Assembly (NCBI GenBank): GCA_964600865.1
Contig: CAZRJP010000004.1
Span: 1-38,309, forward strand
Length of the DNA: 38,309 nucleotides
Origin: Candidatus Woesearchaeota archaeon
Lineage (GTDB): Archaea > Nanobdellota > Nanobdellia > Pacearchaeales > GW2011-AR1
Direction of reading: 5' to 3'
Each line of letters begins with the position of its first letter. Position 1 is the first letter of the stretch. The translations under genes and the position numbers were made by a program. The notes under the pieces are model-generated. The model had not been told where the DNA came from. It saw only the letters and a list, made by a program, of their open reading frames with translations, and did no database searches. Shown one piece after another: positions 31,813 through 38,309 of this stretch.

Positions 31813-32250
31813 TTATTTTTTACCCCAAGCAACAAAACCTATTACTATCAAGTAAAGTATTCCTCCAATTTCTGGTATTATCATAGATAGTGAAAACCAT
31901 CCAGGATATTTCCTTTTTTCAAATGCTTTCCATGTAGCTATTATAAAGAGGATAAAGAGTGCAATCCATCCTATGATTGGAATAAGACCCAAAAATATCC
32001 ATGCCCAATGAAAACCACCTAATTGAAATACCATTGCTATGTTTGCCATTGGAATCCATGCAAGCCATGAATATTTATATTTTAACTTTTTCCCAATAGT
32101 CATCCATGATAATGCAACATAAATGTATACAGCAAGTGACACAAGAATTATAGCTGCTATCCCTAATGATAAAATACTATTCCCTATGAATCCACTTGCA
32201 ATTCCTTGTATCATTCTGTCATTAATAAAATTTGTAATTTCTAAAGCCAT
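31813..32250 (-). CDS. Small polytopic membrane protein (4 TM)
   Basis: 145 aa, mostly hydrophobic. Strong GGAGGT 7 nt upstream of the ATG. Confidence 0.7.
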   Translation of the reverse strand: MALEITNFINDRMIQGIASGFIGNSILSLGIAAIILVSLAVYIYVALSWMTIGKKLKYKYSWLAWIPMANIAMVFQLGGFHWAWIFLGLIPIIGWIALFILFIIATWKAFEKRKYPGWFSLSMIIPEIGGILYLIVIGFVAWGKK

Positions 32251-32287
32251 TTTTTACCTCCTTTCATTTTTTAAACTTTTTTTTTGA

Positions 32288-32416
32288 GTTAAGTTCTGGT
32301 TTGTAGTGTATCTTTTTGAAAGATACGTTTATGTTAAGTTCTGGTTTGTAGTGTATCTTTTTGAAAGATACGTTTATGTTAAGTTCTGGTTTGTAGTGTA
32401 TCTTTTTGAAAGATAC
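32288..32416. repeat. Tandem direct repeat, 45-bp unit x 2.9, each unit carrying an 8-bp-stem palindrome
   Basis: The unit is GTTAAGTTCTGGTTTGTAGTGTATCTTTTTGAAAGATACGTTTAT, at 32288-32332, 32333-32377 and 32378-32416 (truncated). The copies are identical. The palindrome is GTATCTTT-TTG-AAAGATAC. Confidence 0.95.
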
Positions 32417-32518
32417 ATGAGCCTGCCTTACTCAAGCTTGCATTCGTAATTGATTTTAATTTGCCTTATGCAAACTTTCGGAATTTGAATTTAAACTTTT
32501 CCTGAGTTTAGCAAACCC

Positions 32519-32543
32519 ATGCTATTTCATTTTTCAATAGCAT
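32519..32543 (-). terminator. Inverted repeat immediately downstream of tRNA-Ile
   Basis: ATGCTATT-N9-AATAGCAT, 3 nt beyond the tRNA 3' end. Function not established. Confidence 0.3.
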
Positions 32544-32546
32544 ATA

Positions 32547-32675
32547 TGAGCCTGCACGGATTTGAACCGTGGGCCCCTGCCTCTCTTAGAGCTAGTTAGT
32601 TCCAAAGAGGATTAATCCTTATTCGGATTAAACTCATATAAGAGCAGTGCTCTGACCAGGCTGAGCTACAGGCTC
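32547..32675 (-). tRNA. tRNA-Ile (anticodon UAU) with a 54-nt intron at the canonical 37/38 position
   Basis: Minus strand: GAGCCTG-TA-GCTC-AGCCTGGTCA-GAGC-A-CTGCT-CTTATA[54-nt intron]A-GGCAG-GGGCC-CACGG-TTCAAAT-CCGTG-CAGGCTC-A. Loop nts CTTA pair with intron TAAG (4-bp helix), flanked by the 3-nt bulges TA|T and AG|A, then inner helix GAG/CTC. This is a canonical bulge-helix-bulge. Confidence 0.8.
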
Positions 32676-32813
32676 ATTATATTTGAAGAACTAAAGAGAT
32701 ATTTAAAGGTTTTTAATTGCTTATTTTATTAATAGTTTTATTGATTATTATGGATTGTATTTCACATTGAGGATAAGAAATAGTTTTAAATAAGTTAATT
32801 ATTAATTTTACTT

Positions 32814-34010
32814 ATGTTAATCGGTTTAGTAGGAAAGCCATCAGTAGGAAAAAGCACCTTTTTTAAGGCTGCTACAATGGCAGAAGTAGATATTGCTAGT
32901 TATCCCTTCACAACAATAAAGGCAAATCATGGTGTTGGATATGTTAAAGTGGATTGTATAGATAAGGAGTTTGATGTTGAATGTAATCCAAAGCATGGAT
33001 TTTGTATTAATCATAATAGGTTTGCTCCAATTGATTTAATGGATGTTGCTGGTTTGGTTCCAGGTGCAAGTGAAGGAAAAGGATTAGGGAATCAGTTTTT
33101 AGATGATTTAAGAGAGGCAGATGTTTTCATTCATATTGTTGATTCTACTGGAAAAACAAATGCCGAAGGAAAGCTATTGGATGAGGGAGAGACATATAAT
33201 CCTTGTGATGATATAAGATTCTTAGAAAAGGAATTAAATAAGTGGTTTTATAATATCCTTGTAAGAGCATGGAGGAGTTTTGCAAAAAAAACAGAAGCAG
33301 AAGATGTTAATATTTCTAAGGCAGTGGCGAAACAGTTTTCTGGGTTAAAGGTCACTGAGGAACAAATAAAAAAAGTTCTTAGAGAGACTGATTTACCTGA
33401 AAAACCTTCTACTTGGGATGATAACCAGTTAATGGAATTTGCTTCAGGACTTAGAGCTGAAAGTAAGCCAATGATTATTGCTGCAAATAAGTGTGACCAC
33501 CCTAGTGCTAAGGAAAATATAGAGAAGATGCAGGATGAATTTCCAGAATTAATGATATATCCCTGTAGTGCAGATAGTGAATTAGCATTAAGAAAAGCAG
33601 CTAAAGAAGATTTAATTGAGTATATTCCTGGAGAGAAAGATTTTAAGATATTAGATGAGGAGAAGATTAATGATAAGCAAAAAGCAGGATTAGAAAAAAT
33701 AAAAGAAAAGGTTTTAGATGTTTATGACGGAACAGGAGTTCAAGAAATTTTGAACTTGGCTGTTTTTGATTTATTAAAATATATTGCAATATTTCCTGCA
33801 GGTGCAAAAAAGCTTGCAGATAGTGAGGGGAATATCCTTCCTGATTGTTTTTTATTGCCTCCTAATAGTACTGCATTGGATTTTGCATACTTTTTACATA
33901 GTGATTTTGGAGACAATTTTATTAAGGCAATTGATGCGAGAACTAAGCAGGCAAAAGGTAAGGATTATAAATTAAAGCATAGAGATGCTTTAGAAATTGT
34001 TTGTAGGTAA
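32814..34010 (+). CDS. Obg-family GTPase (YchF/DRG-related) with a C-terminal TGS-like domain
   Basis: G1 GLVGKPSVGKST, G3 DVAGLV, G4 NKCD. 398 aa. C-terminal ...KGKDYKLKHRDALEIV. Confidence 0.8.
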   Translation: MLIGLVGKPSVGKSTFFKAATMAEVDIASYPFTTIKANHGVGYVKVDCIDKEFDVECNPKHGFCINHNRFAPIDLMDVAGLVPGASEGKGLGNQFLDDLREADVFIHIVDSTGKTNAEGKLLDEGETYNPCDDIRFLEKELNKWFYNILVRAWRSFAKKTEAEDVNISKAVAKQFSGLKVTEEQIKKVLRETDLPEKPSTWDDNQLMEFASGLRAESKPMIIAANKCDHPSAKENIEKMQDEFPELMIYPCSADSELALRKAAKEDLIEYIPGEKDFKILDEEKINDKQKAGLEKIKEKVLDVYDGTGVQEILNLAVFDLLKYIAIFPAGAKKLADSEGNILPDCFLLPPNSTALDFAYFLHSDFGDNFIKAIDARTKQAKGKDYKLKHRDALEIVCR

Positions 34011-34114
34011 TTTAGATATTATGAAATCTAAGCTGTACCTATGCACAGAGAATTGTATAAGATTTTGAAGGCCTTAGAAATTGTAGGAAAATTTATTATT
34101 TTTCTTTTAATGTT

Positions 34115-34615
34115 TTATTCTTCTATTTCTGATTCAAGAAGCTTTTTTTGAAATTCTGGATCAACTTTTACTTCTTCATTTTCATCCTTAGAATTATCTT
34201 GTTCTTTATTGTATGTTTCTGAATCATCTGAATCATTTGATTCATATTCAAATCCATGCTCTTTTAATTTCTTTCTTTGTTCTTGGATTGATTTCATTTG
34301 GTTTTCTATTGTTTGATTCATTTCTTCTAGGTAATCTAATTTTGATTCTTGCAATTTTAATCTTTGGTTTTTAAGTTCAATCAGTTTTTTAACTAATTCA
34401 CTTTCTTCAGGTTCTTTATAATTTTCAAATGCTTTTTCAATACCTGAAATATATTCTCTTTCTATTTCATCTAAACTTTTTACTGGAATAGATTTTTCTG
34501 ATTTTTTTGGGGTAGTGTTACATGCTGTTAAAAGAGTTCCAACTGCTAAACCATATGTTATTGGTTTCTTTGCATATTCTACTGCTTTTGTAAGATAGTT
34601 TTTTATATTTTTCAT
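34115..34615 (-). CDS. Lipobox-type secreted coiled-coil protein
   Basis: KKPITYGLAVGTLLTACNTTPKK (hydrophobic segment ending LTAC), then heptad-like E/K-rich sequence. The signal region is paralogous to that of 34617..35765. Confidence 0.65.
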   Translation of the reverse strand: MKNIKNYLTKAVEYAKKPITYGLAVGTLLTACNTTPKKSEKSIPVKSLDEIEREYISGIEKAFENYKEPEESELVKKLIELKNQRLKLQESKLDYLEEMNQTIENQMKSIQEQRKKLKEHGFEYESNDSDDSETYNKEQDNSKDENEEVKVDPEFQKKLLESEIEE

Positions 34616-34616
34616 T

Positions 34617-35765
34617 TTAAAATTTACCTTTTATTCCAATAGCACCATTGAATGTTGCTTCTGTATTTTGGTCGTCTCTACTAATAAGTCTTGTATATTG
34701 ATATCCTAGTGTTGTTGAGAGAGATAGTGCTTCATTAATTTTCCAAGACATTTCTGCATCTGCTTCTATTCCAAGGAAATTTCCTGAGTCATTAATATTG
34801 TATTCTGCTCCACTATCTAAAAATGTAATGTCTCCATCAATATTTTCTTTTGTACTAGTTAAATATCCTTTAGCTGTTAGGTCAAATACATCACCATCAT
34901 ATATTTTGTAAAATGGACCTATTCCAACACTTGACATGTTTGAAGTTATATCATATTTATAATTTGAACCTGAATCAGTTTGACCTCTTTCACTGTATGC
35001 ATTTTCAGGGAATATTCTTGCAAATGCTCCAATTCCAGCTCTTTTACTTAATCCTTTTTCTAAATCTATTTGTAAATAAGTAGCAGGGCTTGCATCTTTT
35101 TTGTGTAGAGATTTGTTTTCTTCTCCAATTATGTTTAATAACCTATCAGGATCAAAATATCCTCCAGAATGGTCTTGGAATAATCTTCCTATACTAAAGT
35201 TTAATCCCCATTCATTTTTGTTATTTTCTTTTAGGTCTTTTTGTTTAGTTGAATATTCATTTGTAAGTTCATATACAGATGTTTTTTTCATTTGGTCATT
35301 AACATCATTTATATATCCTTCAAATTCATCTGAAAGATTTTCTGAGTTATCTTTTATAGTATTTTCTGTATTTTCAATATTTTTATCTGTTTCTGCAACT
35401 AAATCTTCAATATCTTTAACTTTTTTAGCAGAATCACTAAGACCTTTAACTTTTTTACTAGTGTTTCTATCTATTTCTCCATATGTTTTAGTAGTATTTG
35501 CTCTTATGTCTGCTTTTAACTTTTCTCCTTCTTGATATACTTGTGAATCATATATATTATCTACTAGTTGATGTGTCTCTCTTTTTGGAGTAGTGTTACA
35601 TGCTGTGAAAAGAGTTCCAGCTGCTAAACCATATGCTATAGGTTTTTTCACATCTACGTCTGTAGTAAGATAGTCTCCTATCTTAGTTCCAGAAAGGAAT
35701 TTTTCTCCTAATGCATTTCCTTTTTCTTTCACATAATTATTGAATTTTTCTCTTATATTTTTCAT
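34617..35765 (-). CDS. Lipobox-type protein: coiled-coil N-terminal half, beta-barrel-like C-terminal half ending in Phe
   Basis: The preferred start is MKNIREK at 35765, 1 nt after the upstream stop. KKPIAYGLAAGTLFTACNTTPKR. The C-terminal ~200 aa form about 10 amphipathic alternating strands (WGLNFSIGRLF, AGIGAFARIF, VGIGPFYKIY, VFDLTAKGYL, FLGIEADAEMSWKI, LSLSTTLGYQYTRLI, ATFNGAIGIKGKF*). Confidence 0.65.
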   Translation of the reverse strand: MKNIREKFNNYVKEKGNALGEKFLSGTKIGDYLTTDVDVKKPIAYGLAAGTLFTACNTTPKRETHQLVDNIYDSQVYQEGEKLKADIRANTTKTYGEIDRNTSKKVKGLSDSAKKVKDIEDLVAETDKNIENTENTIKDNSENLSDEFEGYINDVNDQMKKTSVYELTNEYSTKQKDLKENNKNEWGLNFSIGRLFQDHSGGYFDPDRLLNIIGEENKSLHKKDASPATYLQIDLEKGLSKRAGIGAFARIFPENAYSERGQTDSGSNYKYDITSNMSSVGIGPFYKIYDGDVFDLTAKGYLTSTKENIDGDITFLDSGAEYNINDSGNFLGIEADAEMSWKINEALSLSTTLGYQYTRLISRDDQNTEATFNGAIGIKGKF

Positions 35766-35766
35766 T

Positions 35767-36924
35767 TTAGTCACACACCTCTTCACATTTATAAAATGCA
35801 CAAATCTCTACGCAGTCATCATATAATTGATTTACATTTAATTGAAATTGAGCTGGTTCATTATTAACTTCTATGGTAATATCTGCTGTTCCATATGCAT
35901 TAGCTTCTAAACTATCTAAAACTAAGTCATTTCCATTCATTGATATAGCTAAGTTAAATTCTGGAGAATAAACACTAATTAATGTCACAGTAATTCCATC
36001 AGGGTCTGAAACTTCGCTTAATATATTACTATAAACGATTGTTTCATTTGGAGAATCTTCATCAATTTCTTGATTGCTTAAAGAGTTCCATACTGTTGGG
36101 TCATCCACACTATTTACTTGAACATTTATTGTTTGAGATGCAGTGTTTAAATCTGGATCTATAACTGTAAATGCAATGTATTCACTTCCATACCAATTTG
36201 CATTTGGTGTAAAAGTAACTTCATTTTCTGAATTAATATTTACATTGATATTAGTATTTCCAGATACTGTGTAAGTTAATTCATCAATTGTATTGTCTGG
36301 GTCTGAAACATAATTATCTAAGTCAAATGCAGTAATTGAAGTGTCTTCATCCATTGTTATATCTGGAAGACCACTAATAATAGGGCTATTTGGGCTTGAA
36401 CCTGCAATTATTTCAACTGTAACTGAATCTGTATCTGTGTTTCCATCAGTATCTTCTACTTCTATAGTAAGAGTTTCTGTTTCTCCTGGGTTTCCTTCAG
36501 CATCTAAAGTAACTTCTCTTGTTGCACTATTATAAGTAACTGCAATAATATCATCATTTGTAGGTGAAAGAATAGTATAAGTTAATTCTGAGTGTGAATC
36601 TTCTGAATCTGAAGCATAAAAATCCATATTTAATACTTCATTTGTATTTTCTTGTATATAAATAGTAGAACCTAAACTTATTTCTGGGTTGTCAGTATCA
36701 TCCTCATCATCATCTGAATCTGAACTTCCTGAATTAATATTTATAATAGTTTCTCCTGGCTCATAATCACTAGTTTGACCAGTATTTAAAGGATTAACTA
36801 TATTTTCTACAGAGGCTTGCCCTGAAGTATTTAATCCTGTTATTGAGATTGTTAAGATCATTCCTAGTAATGCAACTAATGCTGTGATTATTGCGATAAT
36901 AGCTATGGTTCTTTTATTTTTCAT
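35767..36924 (-). CDS. Membrane-anchored surface protein with acidic cadherin/Ig-like repeats and a Cys-rich C-terminus
   Basis: N-terminal TM IAIIAIITALVALLGMILTISI. Repeats such as ISGLPDITMDEDTSITAFDLDNYVSDPDNTIDELTYTV...VQVNSVDDP. C-terminal CVEICAFYKCEEVCD. Confidence 0.7.
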   Translation of the reverse strand: MKNKRTIAIIAIITALVALLGMILTISITGLNTSGQASVENIVNPLNTGQTSDYEPGETIININSGSSDSDDDEDDTDNPEISLGSTIYIQENTNEVLNMDFYASDSEDSHSELTYTILSPTNDDIIAVTYNSATREVTLDAEGNPGETETLTIEVEDTDGNTDTDSVTVEIIAGSSPNSPIISGLPDITMDEDTSITAFDLDNYVSDPDNTIDELTYTVSGNTNINVNINSENEVTFTPNANWYGSEYIAFTVIDPDLNTASQTINVQVNSVDDPTVWNSLSNQEIDEDSPNETIVYSNILSEVSDPDGITVTLISVYSPEFNLAISMNGNDLVLDSLEANAYGTADITIEVNNEPAQFQLNVNQLYDDCVEICAFYKCEEVCD

Positions 36925-37064
36925 ATATTTTAGAAAAAGAGATAGTATTTAAATGTTTCTATTTTGTAACTACTCTGGAGTTAATATTAATAATATTCTT
37001 TGTTTTTTTAAGCAATTTTATAGTGAATGGGAATTATTATAAATGTTTCCTTCTTTATGTATAT

Positions 37065-37826
37065 ATGAAATATAGGGGACATATTGAGAAATATAAAAAA
37101 TTGAAAAAAAGTCTTTCTGATTCCTTATATGATTGGTGGTTAGATTTAATTTTAAAAGAAAGACATCCACAAGAAGATATTTCTAATTTAGATAAAGAGA
37201 TAAAGAAAGAATATGTAGGTAAGTTAAAACCACCTATTTCAGATAAATTAGATTCGTATAATACTGTTGCAAAGGATGATTTTGGTAAGGTATGGTTGAG
37301 ATATGGGAAGATACATCATATATTTGACTTTGATTTCGCAAAACCTATTGATATAAGAGATTTGAAAGAATCAATTTATTTTGAAGATTCTTTAGCACTT
37401 GTAGAACAACACATTAAATTCAAACCAAAGGAGAGGATTAATCCAGAAGTTAGAAAAAGAGGAGAGGTAATACAAAACTTTTCTGATTTATATGCTGAAT
37501 TAGAGGATAGAGTGTCTCATAATTTTAGATATATTAAGTATTTTACACAACCATTTAGAGTTTTTGAAAGAACAAAAATATTTGATAATAAAGAGTATCC
37601 AGTAATTTCTGTTTTAATTCGTACACATGATAATATAACTAAGGAAGGAGATTTTTCCAATGAATTTTTAGAACAATATCAAAGAAGTGTTTTTAGTTCT
37701 ATGAATAAGTTCTTTTTTGAACAAAACGAAGAAACAATATGGACTTTTGAGGATATTTATGGTAAGGAATATAAAAAGAATTTTAAAAAGAAGTATTATG
37801 GTGAAGAACATAATATTAAAAATTAA
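37065..37826 (+). CDS. Hypothetical protein
   Basis: Clean ORF. ATG at 37065 is preferred over the GTG at 37023. No motif recognised. Confidence 0.55.
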   Translation: MKYRGHIEKYKKLKKSLSDSLYDWWLDLILKERHPQEDISNLDKEIKKEYVGKLKPPISDKLDSYNTVAKDDFGKVWLRYGKIHHIFDFDFAKPIDIRDLKESIYFEDSLALVEQHIKFKPKERINPEVRKRGEVIQNFSDLYAELEDRVSHNFRYIKYFTQPFRVFERTKIFDNKEYPVISVLIRTHDNITKEGDFSNEFLEQYQRSVFSSMNKFFFEQNEETIWTFEDIYGKEYKKNFKKKYYGEEHNIKN

Positions 37827-37945
37827 TTTTTCTAATTTATAGAGAATATTCTGTAGTGTAATAGATTAATTTTTTATAAAAATGTTTATAAACGTTGTTT
37901 TCCCTTGATATATAGGGAAATTGCAAAGAGGAATTACACTACTTA

Positions 37946-38309
37946 ATGGTTTATAAGAGGTATATTAAAAGAGGAGGCAAAGTTTATGGGCCTTATCTAT
38001 ATGAAACTCATAGGAATAATGATGGAAAGGTAGTTTCTACTTTTATTGGAAAAGGAAAAAAGAATTCTAAAGATGATAATACTCTTTCAAAGAGAAATTT
38101 ATGTAGTGTAATAAGAAAAAAGGAGAGGAACAATTTCCCTACAAAGGCAGTTTTATTACTTGCTTTAATTCCTCTTCTTCTTTTTCTTTTCTTTTTTCTT
38201 GAGGGAGGATTTCCAGGTATTGGGTTTACAGGACAGAGTATTTCTTCAGATGGGTTAACAGTTGTAGAGAATAATCTTTCTGGTAACTTAGAGTTTTCAT
38301 TACAACAAT
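37946..38309 (+). CDS. 3'-partial membrane/surface protein (runs off the window)
   Basis: MVYKRYIKRGGKVYGPYLYETHRNNDGKVVSTFIGKG..., then TM AVLLLALIPLLLFLFFFL, then an extracytoplasmic start. Open to nt 38309. Not in the ORF track because it has no stop. Confidence 0.55.
   Translation, partial: MVYKRYIKRGGKVYGPYLYETHRNNDGKVVSTFIGKGKKNSKDDNTLSKRNLCSVIRKKERNNFPTKAVLLLALIPLLLFLFFFLEGGFPGIGFTGQSISSDGLTVVENNLSGNLEFSLQQ

Noticed and set aside
32288-32416. Mini-CRISPR array interpretation of the 45-bp tandem repeats
   Set aside because: The units abut directly with no spacers, there are only ~2.9 copies, and no cas genes are present. This is a simple tandem repeat.
32429-32518. Possible small ncRNA between the tandem repeats and tRNA-Ile
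   Set aside because: I found no C/D or H/ACA boxes and no convincing conserved structure by eye. Only short local inverted repeats are present.
10178-36535. Other shadow ORFs: 10178..10498, 10592..10933, 11087..11329, 11284..11490, 17089..17355, 18354..18563, 20918..21109, 21149..21334, 21312..21500, 24690..24878, 29817..30017, 31014..31232, 33784..33975, 35101..35535, 36341..36535
   Set aside because: Each overlaps a better-supported gene on the opposite strand or in another frame, and none has a recognisable motif.
1-38309. Search for rRNA genes, CRISPR arrays, cas genes, transposases, integrases, reverse transcriptases
   Set aside because: None recognised on either strand. The absence of a recombinase is itself relevant to the cassette findings, but the window covers only part of the genome.

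Overview
The window is visibly AT-rich and reads as a chromosome segment of a small-genome, DPANN-like archaeon. The archaeal assignment rests on several recognisable features:
- archaeal/eukaryotic-type TrpRS, and ThrRS with the archaeal N-terminal editing domain
- Elp3, PEP synthase and an HMf-type histone fold
- a tRNA with a canonical bulge-helix-bulge intron
- TATA-like boxes about 25 nt upstream of start codons

All family calls come from motifs I recognise by eye; no searches were run.

Gene content, in order:
1. 1-8805: a 5'-partial giant surface protein (more than 2,930 aa).
2. 8.8-11.6 kb: small secreted, membrane and low-complexity proteins.
3. ppsA with a roughly 340-aa repetitive C-terminal extension, preceded by a 56-aa ferredoxin that is missing from the ORF track.
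4. A PP-loop ATPase next to a degenerate PP-loop paralogue, and a membrane receptor with a degenerate cyclase-like domain.
5. trpS and thrS separated by a vapBC module.
6. 23.9-31.4 kb: an accessory-looking stretch around a Trm9-like methyltransferase/Elp3 pair. It carries antitoxin+PemK-like, relE+antitoxin, DUF4258+DUF2283, HEPN+nucleotidyltransferase+histone-fold, a frameshifted Fic gene and mazEF, and ends at tRNA-Glu(UUC).
7. A tandem array of a 45-bp palindrome-containing unit (two full copies plus a truncated third), then an intron-containing tRNA-Ile(UAU).
8. An Obg-type GTPase, then a three-gene envelope operon that includes a lipobox protein with a beta-barrel-like C-terminal half.

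The most interesting signals are:
- The toxin cassettes are bounded by repeated boundary sequences. These are a 13-nt core, a roughly 55-bp duplication of the methyltransferase 3' end, four paralogous HTH-like modules, and GGTGACCAC hairpins. This suggests integrase-less cassette insertion, and no recombinase is visible in the window.
- The beta-barrel-like lipoprotein is unusual for an archaeon.

No rRNA, CRISPR array, transposase or integrase was seen.
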